Shown: positions 9,924-19,933 of the stretch, in pieces
How the letters are laid out: each line of letters begins with the position of its first letter
How positions within the stretch are numbered: position 1 is the first letter of the stretch
From: a virus
Lineage: Duplodnaviria > Caudoviricetes
Length of the DNA: 26,725 nt
Direction: 5' to 3' (one strand)
IMG/VR virus record: IMGVR_UViG_3300037991_004403
Coordinates: 1-26,725 of that record
Notes under the pieces: model-generated
Database searches by the model: none
Seen by the model: the letters and a program-made list of their open reading frames with translations, nothing else
What the model was told of the DNA's origin: nothing
Position numbers and translations under genes: made by a program

Positions 9924-11537
9924 CTACCTTTGCAACTGCATCTTACCAATAATATACACGTTGATGCCACCCGCTCCTAAGACTTTATTAGCTCCGCCCG
10001 CAGGCCACTCTGGTGCGGTTCCCGGATCAACTCCATATATGCACCTGACCTCTATATACTGATCAAAACCATTTAGACTAGGTGCGGCCTCCGCAACCGT
10101 CGGATCAACACTGCAAACATTTTCTCGATTGCCGCTACTGCTAAACGAATACTGCCGCCCAGCATAATAAGGACGCCCCTGTGTCACATAACCTTTACCT
10201 AAAGGCCCTGCTGATCCGTGTGTTGAATAAACTATCGGCACAGGGAATAAGCGCTCTTGTAGTAACGCTGTCGTACCAGCACCCGACAGCATAGTCTCTA
10301 GGTGTGCAACTTGTAGATAATCATACTGCTGGGCTCGGACACCGTGCAATATGCCGACACCGACCTCAACATAGCGCTTGTCTAAAGCAATTGCGCCAGG
10401 CGACTCTCGGATAATGTCATCAATACCAGACATCTCTAAAAATACATGGTGTATTGTTAGGGGATAAGGAATTGGTACCAGTGCTTTGTCATATAAAAAT
10501 TTGCCTGGCACCGTGCTGGGAGCGGCTGCGCTTTTAGCAAGTTGGTAGCCGTCCACATTAGCACCATCAATTTCTCTAGCGGCATGTTTTAGCATGTTGA
10601 CATTCCAACAAAAGTAACCGCTATCTTCTTTGAGTGCCTCTTTAGGGTAAGGTGTTGCCGCTACCTCGCTTTGATTGTAAGTTGTGAACCTGCCCGCTTC
10701 TAAGCCTTCAAGCATTTTTCGGTCAACTTGCTCAAGTTGCGTTTGCACACCATACTGTGCGTTTTCAGCACTTATTACTGCGTTTGCGGCGGGCGTTGCA
10801 ATAGTCAAGCTGTCTTTATCTCGCCCGTACAAAGTGTTGATCGGAGCGTTTTGCGCAGGGTAATCCGTCCCACCATTGAGGTAATCACCAACAACCTCTT
10901 GGGTGTCTCGTTCAACCACAGGGTGGCTAAACGAAGCCCTAATATGCACTGAAAACAGAGTGTCTAAATGTTCAACTTTCCATTGATAAATGTCATACGG
11001 ATCAATGTTGACAGATAAATCTCTAAGTATCGTTGGGTTTTTAGTGTTGAGCATCTGCGATAAATCGACACCGCTTATAAAGACTTCTGCTAAATTGTTT
11101 GATTGCGGTGTGCCATCAATACCAGAAACGGCACTCGACTGCGGGTTGTTGGTAACTTTGCTCAGTGTTAATTTTAAGTCTTGCCATGTCAGCGTTGTAG
11201 CTGGGTAGCCCGTACTGGTGTCCAAAACGTTGCCTTGGTTCATTTGATCGAAGCTAAGACTAATGCTGTCCAGAACCAAAGAGGGGGTGTTAGAATCCGA
11301 AACTAAATCGGTATTAAAATGATCTTGCAAAGGGGGCAGCGTAAAATAAAATTTCGTAACTGGTATGTTTGTCTCAGAAATAAACCAACTTACAGAAAAC
11401 GGTGCTGATCCCTGCTGTCTTTGATCCTCAGTAAAGTTACCCGCAAAGTTTGACGCAATGCTAGATAAGTTACCAGCCACATGTGACGGTTCAATCTTGA
11501 CGCCAATAGGCAGCTTTTTGTCGTCAACCTTAGCCAC
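9924..11537 (-). CDS. Putative tail/virion structural protein, beta-rich (537 aa)
   Basis: Start moved from 11648 to GTG at 11537 (VAKVDDKKLP), which follows AGGGAG and overlaps the upstream stop at 11530-11532; beta-strand-like composition; tail-module position. Confidence 0.6.
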   Translation of the reverse strand: MAKVDDKKLPIGVKIEPSHVAGNLSSIASNFAGNFTEDQRQQGSAPFSVSWFISETNIPVTKFYFTLPPLQDHFNTDLVSDSNTPSLVLDSISLSFDQMNQGNVLDTSTGYPATTLTWQDLKLTLSKVTNNPQSSAVSGIDGTPQSNNLAEVFISGVDLSQMLNTKNPTILRDLSVNIDPYDIYQWKVEHLDTLFSVHIRASFSHPVVERDTQEVVGDYLNGGTDYPAQNAPINTLYGRDKDSLTIATPAANAVISAENAQYGVQTQLEQVDRKMLEGLEAGRFTTYNQSEVAATPYPKEALKEDSGYFCWNVNMLKHAAREIDGANVDGYQLAKSAAAPSTVPGKFLYDKALVPIPYPLTIHHVFLEMSGIDDIIRESPGAIALDKRYVEVGVGILHGVRAQQYDYLQVAHLETMLSGAGTTALLQERLFPVPIVYSTHGSAGPLGKGYVTQGRPYYAGRQYSFSSSGNRENVCSVDPTVAEAAPSLNGFDQYIEVRCIYGVDPGTAPEWPAGGANKVLGAGGINVYIIGKMQLQR

Positions 11538-12363
11538 GAAGTTGCTCCCTAAAGAAAATAACAAACGTCGGCTGTCCGGGGTGCATTGTAAATGGCGCCC
11601 CTGATGATTTCCATGAAAAATTCGCAGACGTGCCAAGTTCATTAGCAAAAGCTAATCTAAAATTAACGCGAGCAAACTGATGGATTGGTATGTTTAAGTC
11701 AGACTTTTCTAAAACAAATGTGCCTTCAGCGTTTGCTGAGCTTTTTGCGTCTGCCGGATACAACGGAAGCATGTCGTTAGTTGGTGCTGTGTTGTCATTG
11801 AGTTGCGGCGTTTGATAAACCCGTGGGTCGAAGTTGAAATAATGCAACTCTTTAGCGTTTAGCGTTCTGTCTTCGGGGGCGGTCACGTCGTCAGTGTCAA
11901 TAAGCAACTGCAAGAGACTTGGCCCGTTAGTGTAAGGCGTTGTCGATAACTCAATTGGAAAGCTCTGATCAATGTGGTCAATATGCACGCACACCGTGTC
12001 AATAATAACAGGTCGCTCAAATAACGTTGATACTGTCCACAAGCCACCATCATCTGTTCTCAGCGACCCTGATGTTGATTTTGCTGCCTGTATGCCTTTG
12101 GCCCTGTAATACTTATTAGAAGACGCATCTGCCCAACTGTACCACAACCACGGGGCACTATAAGTCAACGCACCTGCTGCTGCGTTTGCTGCCCTTGGAT
12201 AAGCACCCAGGCAAATGCAACTCACCGCACGACTGCGGCAGACAGCTTCAATCGGTAGGTTGTTGTTGTACTCAACAGCCTCTGAAACCGCCTTTGATAT
12301 ACGGCTGCCGTCGATTGTGCTGTTTGTGCTAAACTGTTCGTCAGTGATTCTGCGATTGCTCAT
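11530..12363 (-). CDS. Putative tail/virion structural protein (277 aa)
   Basis: ATGA overlap with the upstream gene, GAGG RBS; beta-rich sequence; tail-module position. Confidence 0.6.
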   Translation of the reverse strand: MSNRRITDEQFSTNSTIDGSRISKAVSEAVEYNNNLPIEAVCRSRAVSCICLGAYPRAANAAAGALTYSAPWLWYSWADASSNKYYRAKGIQAAKSTSGSLRTDDGGLWTVSTLFERPVIIDTVCVHIDHIDQSFPIELSTTPYTNGPSLLQLLIDTDDVTAPEDRTLNAKELHYFNFDPRVYQTPQLNDNTAPTNDMLPLYPADAKSSANAEGTFVLEKSDLNIPIHQFARVNFRLAFANELGTSANFSWKSSGAPFTMHPGQPTFVIFFREQLRG

Positions 12364-12926
12364 GGCACCTCACCAACAACCGTGACATTGTTATGACCAA
12401 CACCGGTTAGGTTCACGCACCCAGTTACATCAACATTGGTTGCTGCGCCAGCGTTTGTAATAACATGGCCAGCAGATTGTTCCCCGTGGAACATACAACC
12501 AACCACATTGAGCAGTCCGTTTTTGATAACATCTATGTATACATTGGCAGCCCCGCTGACTCCTGCTGCTTTCACAATGTGGCACCCCTGCAAAATACAC
12601 CGGGCATTTTCGCCGACAACAATAGCCGGCGTATTGCCGTCACAAATAAATGTCATATTTCTTAATATGGCTGTGCCTTCGACAACAATCTGACTAACGC
12701 AAACAGCACCCGGTGCGCCCGTAAGGCTTGCCCGGTCAGCTTTTACAGTAAAACCAGGCCGTGAACCTGAGCCAATCTGCACACCGAAGTCTGCGCTTTT
12801 GATTTCACGATACTGCTCTTGGTCACTATATCTAAAGTCACCAATCAACCCACCAAGCTGGCTGATGTCCAAACCTATATCTTGGAACACCCTGGCTACG
12901 TTTGTCGTAACAGCGTTATTATCCAT
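12360..12926 (-). CDS. Short right-handed beta-helix (pectin lyase-like) protein, putative tail component
   Basis: Repeating rungs such as AILRNMTFIC, CILQGCHIV, LNVVGCMFHG, VDVTGCVN; TAATG overlap with the nozzle gene. Confidence 0.6.
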   Translation of the reverse strand: MDNNAVTTNVARVFQDIGLDISQLGGLIGDFRYSDQEQYREIKSADFGVQIGSGSRPGFTVKADRASLTGAPGAVCVSQIVVEGTAILRNMTFICDGNTPAIVVGENARCILQGCHIVKAAGVSGAANVYIDVIKNGLLNVVGCMFHGEQSAGHVITNAGAATNVDVTGCVNLTGVGHNNVTVVGEVP

Positions 12927-15580
12927 TAGGTTCGACCCTTGCGCCTGTTGCCACCAACAGCAAAAACACTCAAAGCCATGCGGTGTAACTTCAGTTGATC
13001 AGCCTTGTCTTCGCACCACCCATAAACACCTGTTTTGATTGTTTCACCACGGGCGTGCGCACTTAGCGCAATACGGTTCAACTCAGGGCTATCAATAAGG
13101 TAAGCGTCAGAAGCTGTTGCTGTAGGAGACCATTTAGCCAGCCCGTCAAATATCCTACGATTGTTCAACATTCTTTGTCGAATAGTTTGCAACTGTTCGT
13201 ATCGTCGCGTCGCAAGATTAGGCGCATTGTAATCAGGGTATTGGCCGCTGCGTATTTTATAATCACCGCTAAATATTGTGTTATAAATATTGCTCGTTGA
13301 TTTTGTCGTCGTTGTTAGGACGGTGTTGATACCACGAGCTTTCAGTTGCTTGCCCTCGTTCATGCCTATTTGACCTGTTTGATAGCCGTACTCAACTGAG
13401 GTTTTCAAACGGTCGTTGTAGTTGCGGCTTGTCGTAGCAAACCGATGTTTGAAGTTGTAAATCATCACCGGGCACTCAACAAAAGCCGCTCCGTCGTAAA
13501 CCTGCGCAGCCGTCACAGCTAAGTTAGGATCAATATCAGCGTTTGCATCTGCAACCAATCGCAGCATAACCATAGGAAGACGACCAACAATCGTGCGCCT
13601 GGCTGATGCGTAAGTGTCTCGCTTTATGTTTAGTTGGTTAGCACCCGGCGTAAATGTGTAAGCTGCATACGTCCCTGATTCGGGTGGCACCCCATAACCA
13701 TCCAGCGTAAAGTTGGCACCGAAAGTCAGAGTAAAATCAATCGACACAGAAGCAACAGCCGGGGGCCAATTCAAAAAAGACTCGATGTCGATAACAATCT
13801 CATAAATCTTTTTAGTGTGAGTTGCATCATCCAGCACCTTTGGCGGATTTACATAAAACGCTACTGGATAAGTAGCAGACCAAGCACCGCCAACCATTGA
13901 ATATTTATAGCGCCCCAAGCCGTACTCTCGGTGGTCTTCGGTTTCGCAACTGCGATCAACCGCCCCACCTAAACCCAGCTTACACAAATAATACGATGTC
14001 GTTTGACTTGCAGGGTTGAGGCCATTCTCATCGCTGTCGTTTAAGCCACCGCAAACAATGACACCCTTGGCATCAGCCATAACCTGCAAAGCGTTGACTG
14101 TTTGACGCTTATACACCTCGCCGGTTCTGTTGTTGGCGCACAGCGGCCAGATAGCCCACGACTGAGCACGAAACTGATACACCAGCATATGATCCGCATA
14201 CGAAATGAATAACGATTCACTTTGCGGCTCGTATGCTAGGGTTGGCTTGCCTTGATGCCTATATATAATACTGGGCTGCTTCTTGCTGCCGCCGGTTCCG
14301 TTGTTTGGAAAGTATTGACTCATCGGGTCAACAATGCCGCTGTCCCAGTAGTCAACAATCGGATCACTGATGTCCTGCACTTGCTGCCCTGCGCCGGCTA
14401 TGTGGACACCACGACTGCTTACCCACGCCACACCAAACGGTGTGGTACACACTGACCTAGGGCCTACACAACCAACCTTGTCGCTGAGTCGAACATGCTG
14501 GACATCCACAATGTTTGCAGATGCAGGCCCTGCGCTAACCCTTTGATTTATTGCTAAGAAATGGACGCCTGTTTCAGTAAACGCATAGATGTTGTTGTTG
14601 AACTCACCAAGTGCTGTGATTGCTCCCTCGGTTTGAAACTCTGCGAAGTTGTCTGCCAAAATGGCACCAGGCTGCCCAACATCCGAAAAGTACACAACAC
14701 TGCGCTGCGCATAAACCACACGATTTTTACTAAGAACTGCCGCTGTTGCACGAGGAAACTCTGACTTGTTGAGGTACACAAAGTTTGTACCATTCAAACC
14801 TCTAGTGCCGGCAACCGGTCGAATGACCGAGCCCTCAGAATAACCAACTTGATTATTGAAACCAACAAAAGCACTGCTGCTCATAGCAAACGGCGAAAAC
14901 ACATCGGCGGAAATTTTCTTTGCACGATTAGCTGCAATGTCGATGCCGTGATAAATCCACACACCGTAAGGGCCTAAACACATAACAACCGAATCACCTG
15001 ACTGCACAAACGACACGTCCTCAACTGCTTTGTCGTAATGCAAACTTAAGTAGTCCATTGGCAACGTAGCAAAAGCGTACTTGCTTGTAATGGTTGAGGT
15101 TGATTCAAAATGGTTATGTGCCTGCGGTATTGTTGCGTCAGTTGTAAACTCTGACGTGTGTACCGTTAGCAACTCTTCCCACTGATACCCAGTAGTCACA
15201 TCATAAATACTTACAACAACACTTTTAGATTTACCGTGTATTGTTTCGAGCAGATTGACCGGTGCCCCACTTGGCTGCTCAGCGTTAGATAACTGCACGT
15301 CTACCTCAAACACCGAAATAACCTGCCGGTGTCCAAAGTTGCTATTATATAAAAAGCTGCCGAGGTGCCTGGTGTAGCCGCCTGAGCCTACACCCGTGCC
15401 TGCGCCGGGTGTCATCACACTAGTGTCTAACTGCTCAAGTTGACCTAACCCAGGCCGCACCTCAACTGTATTGCCACGAGTTGGTCGCCATAAGTTTGCA
15501 AACCAGTCCGGCGTAGACGGGTCACGCAAATCCATGCCGGCCTTGGGGAAGATGTCCAACTCAGGATAGCGTGCCGCCAT
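12926..15580 (-). CDS. Tail nozzle / packaged-DNA stabilisation protein (P22 gp10 / T7 tail tubular B-like, beta-propeller)
   Basis: 884 aa directly after the adaptor; characteristic segments NRVVYA..VYFSDVGQP, GAITALGEFNNNIYAFTETGVH, VGCVGPRSV, VAWVSSRGVH. Confidence 0.75.
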   Translation of the reverse strand: MAARYPELDIFPKAGMDLRDPSTPDWFANLWRPTRGNTVEVRPGLGQLEQLDTSVMTPGAGTGVGSGGYTRHLGSFLYNSNFGHRQVISVFEVDVQLSNAEQPSGAPVNLLETIHGKSKSVVVSIYDVTTGYQWEELLTVHTSEFTTDATIPQAHNHFESTSTITSKYAFATLPMDYLSLHYDKAVEDVSFVQSGDSVVMCLGPYGVWIYHGIDIAANRAKKISADVFSPFAMSSSAFVGFNNQVGYSEGSVIRPVAGTRGLNGTNFVYLNKSEFPRATAAVLSKNRVVYAQRSVVYFSDVGQPGAILADNFAEFQTEGAITALGEFNNNIYAFTETGVHFLAINQRVSAGPASANIVDVQHVRLSDKVGCVGPRSVCTTPFGVAWVSSRGVHIAGAGQQVQDISDPIVDYWDSGIVDPMSQYFPNNGTGGSKKQPSIIYRHQGKPTLAYEPQSESLFISYADHMLVYQFRAQSWAIWPLCANNRTGEVYKRQTVNALQVMADAKGVIVCGGLNDSDENGLNPASQTTSYYLCKLGLGGAVDRSCETEDHREYGLGRYKYSMVGGAWSATYPVAFYVNPPKVLDDATHTKKIYEIVIDIESFLNWPPAVASVSIDFTLTFGANFTLDGYGVPPESGTYAAYTFTPGANQLNIKRDTYASARRTIVGRLPMVMLRLVADANADIDPNLAVTAAQVYDGAAFVECPVMIYNFKHRFATTSRNYNDRLKTSVEYGYQTGQIGMNEGKQLKARGINTVLTTTTKSTSNIYNTIFSGDYKIRSGQYPDYNAPNLATRRYEQLQTIRQRMLNNRRIFDGLAKWSPTATASDAYLIDSPELNRIALSAHARGETIKTGVYGWCEDKADQLKLHRMALSVFAVGGNRRKGRT

Positions 15581-15588
15581 AGTATACC

Positions 15589-16377
15589 CTAAAATAAATG
15601 CGTAACTGTCACACGATCAAAGCCGTCAGTCAGTTGACCATCTTGCAAGTATCGCAACAAAGACGCTTGATTTGTGCTCATCTGCGCAGCAACAAGCTGA
15701 TTAGGCTGACCATCACGAATAAAATAACGAGTTGTTGCCATTAGCACAATCAACTCATGGAACTGTGGCAAAAAGCCGTCTTCGATTGGCTGTGATGCGT
15801 CAGTGCTAGAAGCAGCAAAAACAGTGCGAGGCTGCGGGAAATACTCAATAATAAGGTTCTCAGGAAAACCACCGTTGAACATGAGCGTCTGTCTTTGCAG
15901 CATGTAATTATACATGTTGTTTGACAGGTTCAACGACTCACCACGGCTTACCGGCATCAATCGCCAAGTTCTTGTTTGCTCGCTGTCTGGCCCAGACTGC
16001 CCCCTGTACAGGTTGCTAATCGTGTCTATTGGCCCGGTCAGTGTAGTAAACGCACCCGCACCACCTGACGTGTCAACAAACGAACCCATGAGCGGCGTGT
16101 TAGCAACTTTGCCAGGGTAAATAATATCTTTGTCATTGAGGTTCAGAGCATACGCCACCGGCTTAGAAGATGTCGGCTGTGACGTATACCCTGCACCATT
16201 TGCCGCCGTAAGATTGACAAACGACAAAAGCAAATCAGGACGGTGCTGCCTAATAAACTTTAGCCAGTCACCAAGCCCAAAGTCTAGATATTGATTGACC
16301 TGAGCGTCTGTAAGAAAAGTGCCGTCAGGGTCATCAACATAATCTCTAAACAGATTTCGTGCTTCTGTTACGTTCAT
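15589..16377 (-). CDS. Head-tail adaptor (P22 gp4 / tail tubular A-like)
   Basis: N-terminal MNVTEARNLFRDYVDD..FLTDAQVNQYLD and C-terminal LPQFHELIVLMATTRY helical patterns typical of adaptors; ATGA-coupled to the portal. Confidence 0.75.
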   Translation of the reverse strand: MNVTEARNLFRDYVDDPDGTFLTDAQVNQYLDFGLGDWLKFIRQHRPDLLLSFVNLTAANGAGYTSQPTSSKPVAYALNLNDKDIIYPGKVANTPLMGSFVDTSGGAGAFTTLTGPIDTISNLYRGQSGPDSEQTRTWRLMPVSRGESLNLSNNMYNYMLQRQTLMFNGGFPENLIIEYFPQPRTVFAASSTDASQPIEDGFLPQFHELIVLMATTRYFIRDGQPNQLVAAQMSTNQASLLRYLQDGQLTDGFDRVTVTHLF

Positions 16378-18311
16378 CCGAAACCTCCGCCTTGAGCAGG
16401 TGCCTCAAAGATAGCAGCCTCTCGCTTGCCTTGCTCACGATTGATTGCCCCTTGCGATGTTCCGCCTGCCTGCTCTTGCGGTATGCTTTCGCCTGGCAGA
16501 AGCGGCCCACCTGTCAAACCGGGTACGCCACCAGGCTGTTGCGGCTGCTGTGGTTGCTGCACTGGGTACAGCGGCTTCGACAACTCCTGCACAGCTTGCG
16601 GGTTGCCTTGGGCCACAACCGCCCGATACACATCATTGACTGATGCTTGAATCTCTGGTGGCAACTCTTCCATTTCTGACGAAACGCTAAACTCTGCAAA
16701 TACCTCAAGCATTTCCTTGAGCGGGTCGGTAGGCATAATCTCAACCGCAGCACCCTCAAGAACAGCCTCAAGCACGTCCAAAGCGTAGTTATAACTTCGG
16801 ACAGTCTGAGCAATCTGGCTATCCATACCAAAGAAGTTGATTGCTCGCCTTGCCTCTTCTGGTGAGATAAGTTGCAACTGAAACATTTGCAGTGCTTTGC
16901 GCTCACGGTTTTCTGTGGTTTGCGCAAACAAGCTGCCAGCCTCAAAGAATATATCGGGCTGCTCACTCAGGTCTGTGTCTTTTAGGTTCTTATAAAACAT
17001 GCCGCCGTCGATATTGAACATGCGGACCATCATGCCCTTGCTGAAATACTTTTTAGCTAGGACTAAAATGCGCTCAGCAACTCGCACCGCTGCTTGTTCG
17101 ATCGAGTCCTGCACGCCTTTGAGTTGGCTAATGTCTTGATTGACCAACGCGTTGATGGCGGCACCAGACTGTACACCGCTCACACGTTTACCCAGGCTTG
17201 CTCCATGGATACCCGCCAGGTCCATCATTTCGCTCTGTGTGCGCCCGACGTTGTCAATAATATACCCAGGCAAGGGAGCAGGGGAAGCCTGCTGCGGGGG
17301 AGGTGCTGAGGGGTTGTAACGAATCTGTGACCCCGGCTCGTTAGTGATCCGTTCAACTCCTGAGTTGATTGGATTGAGCCACTGCACATTCCCAAGCAGT
17401 TTGGTGTTGCTAACGATCGAAGAGCGCTGAGCGTTATACTCACGCTGACTGCTGATTAGCGGCTCGATTGCACCCACACCATGGAACCGGCCCGGCATAC
17501 TGTGATAAGTCATGTGCTCAACAGGCCAGCGGCCTGTGCCATCCCAGTCTTTACCTTTGTCTTTATAAAGCACCTGATCACCCGTTGTAATCATGTGCGT
17601 ACCGTTACGGTCCCAGTACTCCAGAATCTCATACCGCTCGACTTTGTAGGTAGAGGTCTGGTTATAATCTAATAAATATGGCCGAGCTTCACGACTGAAC
17701 TCCACAGGGGTCAACTCGTCAAACTTGACTTTGGGGTACCTGCGCTTCAGTTCAGCCTTGGTGACGTACTCACGCACAATCAACCAATCGCTGTCTTCTA
17801 GCTTTTCAGCACCCGGTTGCACCAACAGGTTGTAAGGCGAAATGACTTTGAGTTTTACCTTCTTGTCATCCTTGCAGTAGTAGGTGTGCAACCCCACGTT
17901 GCCGCAAGTAATCAACCACTTGTTGGCTTCTTTCATTCTATCTGAAAACTTGTGGCTGTCCCAAACATATTGGACCAGCGCAGCGTCTGACTTAGCCTTT
18001 ACTAAGTCTTCTCGGCTTGCCGATGCAGGTCGAGCACTGACGTGCGGAGTTGCTACCGCCAGCATAGCATAGAGCCTATTATAAATCGGCAGCAACAAGT
18101 TGATCGTCAAGCGAACAACACCAGGCCGAGGGGTGGCGGTTAGCCAAGTGCCATCAGTCTGACGCCTGCCATACTGCAAGCCTTCAATGAACCGACGGGA
18201 CGCATCCCAAGCATACATCTTTTCCCATGCAGCCTCATCAGCATTTTCTTTGTACTCGCCGATTTTGCCGGGGGTAATCTTGCCGTTGTCGTCGTAGTAG
18301 CCGTTTGCCAT
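16374..18311 (-). CDS. Portal protein (P22-like)
   Basis: About 645 aa; RRFIEGLQY, LTINLLPIY, GRFHGVGAIEPLISSQREYN, SLG-x5-VQSGAAINAL and a Q/P-rich tail typical of P22-like portals. ATG at 18311 forms a TGATG overlap with the upstream small gene. Confidence 0.88.
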   Translation of the reverse strand: MANGYYDDNGKITPGKIGEYKENADEAAWEKMYAWDASRRFIEGLQYGRRQTDGTWLTATPRPGVVRLTINLLLPIYNRLYAMLAVATPHVSARPASASREDLVKAKSDAALVQYVWDSHKFSDRMKEANKWLITCGNVGLHTYYCKDDKKVKLKVISPYNLLVQPGAEKLEDSDWLIVREYVTKAELKRRYPKVKFDELTPVEFSREARPYLLDYNQTSTYKVERYEILEYWDRNGTHMITTGDQVLYKDKGKDWDGTGRWPVEHMTYHSMPGRFHGVGAIEPLISSQREYNAQRSSIVSNTKLLGNVQWLNPINSGVERITNEPGSQIRYNPSAPPPQQASPAPLPGYIIDNVGRTQSEMMDLAGIHGASLGKRVSGVQSGAAINALVNQDISQLKGVQDSIEQAAVRVAERILVLAKKYFSKGMMVRMFNIDGGMFYKNLKDTDLSEQPDIFFEAGSLFAQTTENRERKALQMFQLQLISPEEARRAINFFGMDSQIAQTVRSYNYALDVLEAVLEGAAVEIMPTDPLKEMLEVFAEFSVSSEMEELPPEIQASVNDVYRAVVAQGNPQAVQELSKPLYPVQQPQQPQQPGGVPGLTGGPLLPGESIPQEQAGGTSQGAINREQGKREAAIFEAPAQGGGFG

Positions 18312-18478
18312 CAATCAAGCCCGTCGCCGATGCCCACATGCAAAACATGGGGCGAGCCGTTTGTCTCATAAGTACGTTCACGCTCAAGCCTACGCAAGCG
18401 GTCCCATGCCTTGGTCGCCCGCTCGAAAGCGAGGACCAGGCACAGAACCGTTGCGCTTAGCTCAAGTGCTACAGTCAA
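18311..18478 (-). CDS. Small hypothetical protein (55 aa) with hydrophobic N-terminal helix
   Basis: TTG start 2 nt after the capsid stop; its stop overlaps the portal ATG, exactly filling the gap; sequence (M)TVALELSATVLCLVLAFERATKAWDRLRRLER... Confidence 0.55.
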   Translation of the reverse strand: MTVALELSATVLCLVLAFERATKAWDRLRRLERERTYETNGSPHVLHVGIGDGLD

Positions 18479-18480
18479 CT

Positions 18481-19923
18481 TTACACTCGCGTGTACTTGA
18501 TGCCTGTAAGGACGCCCAAGCAACGTGGCTTTTCAGAAACCAAGTCAAAGTACTGCTTGTAGAAGCCTTCTTTGACGTCTTTCAACAATGCCGTAGCTTG
18601 ATCACGCTGTTGCGTAACAATGTCACCAGCATCATTGAACTCTTGGAATCCACCGGGGCGCAAGGTGTAAGTATTGATCGTGTCTTTCACGATGAAATAA
18701 ATCACACCAAGCGGTGCCTGATTGCTGACCTTGATCGGAATCCGCTGGTCAAACAGCAAATCACCAGGCTGGAAACCGCCCTTAGCGTTGGTCGAACCCG
18801 GAAGGTAGTCCACGTCAGGGTTGGGGTTGCCAACCATGTCTTGGAAGATGTCCCGGTACTCGGAGCGGGTAAAGCGGTTCATAATCAAGCAGTCAATCTG
18901 CTCACCGCTGTTGTCCTCAACCGCATCAACCATGCGCTGCATAACGCTCATGCTGATGTTGGTGCCTGACGAACGACCGCCGCCAGCAGCAGCAGCAGCA
19001 CTGCGCGGAAGCGAGTAAGCAAACCCACGAAGGATTTGATTTTGTCGATCTGTAGCGCCAGTGTTCAAACGGCCGTTGCCAAAGAAATTGGCATCAAAAC
19101 CAAGAGCGTTTAGACCGTGAACTTGATCCGTAAGAATACGAGCACCAAGATTGTTGGTTTCTACAATCATCAAACCAGCCGTATCACCACCGGTTGCAAG
19201 ATCGGCAGCGGGGCCTTCGGTAGCGTTCGTCACAGACTCAATCGTCGCAGTACCGTCGGTCACATTGACCGCTGTAACTTTAAATACAAAACCAGCAACG
19301 GTAGGAGCACCACCAGTGTCGTCTTCAAGGTATAGCCAGTTGTCATCGTTATCACGACCAACCTGAGCAATCTTAACATAAAAGATTGTGCCCGCAGCAG
19401 CGTGCTCAGCCAAACGTGCCGCCAGGTTGTTTGCGCCGGAAACCTTACGCAATTGGTGCCCAGTACCAGCAGCACCAGTTCCGTTATCAATAAGCCAACC
19501 CCAGCAACCACGACCACAGAACATATCACGGTCGAGTCGGTGGCGGATGTCCATTTCCAGCCCACGCATTTCGCTAAACATTGCGCCAACAAAAGCAGCT
19601 TCACTGCCGCCGTTGCCTGGAGCCTGCGCTTCAGCCTGTCCAGTAACGCTAAATGATGCGTACATACTGGCATAGGTCACGGTAAGAGTCTTGTAATCTT
19701 GATTACTTGCCGGAGGTACAACAGAACCTTCACTGCCGTACACAATTGCCGTCGAAGCTACGCCACGAGTATGCAGCGGAATAATAACGTTGGAGCCGGC
19801 CCACTGGTGCGGACCCTCCGAAAAGAGTTGATAAATAAGAGCCTCACGATTCAACTGCTCGCGAATCGGCCCCTCATACTGATTCTTAAGAATCGTCGAA
19901 ATGCTATTAGCTAGCGTAGCCAT
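18481..19923 (-). CDS. Major capsid protein (HK97 fold, P22-coat-like)
   Basis: 480 aa after the scaffold, AGGAG RBS; N-terminal ILKNQYEGPIREQLN, YASFSVTGQA, SEMRGLEMDIRHRLDRDMFCGRG and C-terminal DLVSEKPRCLGVLTGI match phage MCP patterns. Confidence 0.85.
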   Translation of the reverse strand: MATLANSISTILKNQYEGPIREQLNREALIYQLFSEGPHQWAGSNVIIPLHTRGVASTAIVYGSEGSVVPPASNQDYKTLTVTYASMYASFSVTGQAEAQAPGNGGSEAAFVGAMFSEMRGLEMDIRHRLDRDMFCGRGCWGWLIDNGTGAAGTGHQLRKVSGANNLAARLAEHAAAGTIFYVKIAQVGRDNDDNWLYLEDDTGGAPTVAGFVFKVTAVNVTDGTATIESVTNATEGPAADLATGGDTAGLMIVETNNLGARILTDQVHGLNALGFDANFFGNGRLNTGATDRQNQILRGFAYSLPRSAAAAAGGGRSSGTNISMSVMQRMVDAVEDNSGEQIDCLIMNRFTRSEYRDIFQDMVGNPNPDVDYLPGSTNAKGGFQPGDLLFDQRIPIKVSNQAPLGVIYFIVKDTINTYTLRPGGFQEFNDAGDIVTQQRDQATALLKDVKEGFYKQYFDLVSEKPRCLGVLTGIKYTRV

Positions 19924-19933
19924 TGGCTATCTC

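Noticed and set aside
11538-11648. Extended starts in the ORF track (11648, 20887, 25686, 18523, 773)
   Set aside because: Most create long overlaps with the upstream gene; downstream starts with an RBS or stop/start coupling fit better
12927-12945. GGTTCGACCC resembling a tRNA T-loop
   Set aside because: It lies inside the 3' end of the nozzle gene and no cloverleaf can be built around it
18311-18535. T7 gp10B-like -1 frameshift extending the capsid protein into the small downstream ORF
   Set aside because: The -1 frame is open for only about 50 nt before the MCP stop and has no X XXY YYZ heptamer (only a weak A AAG); an independent TTG start is simpler
18361-18969. 202-aa plus-strand ORF, plus other antisense ORFs (e.g. 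4878..5324, 5956..6381, 20228..20743, 21953..22387, 24470..24961)
   Set aside because: They lie opposite well-supported genes, lack RBS and motifs, and look like shadow ORFs
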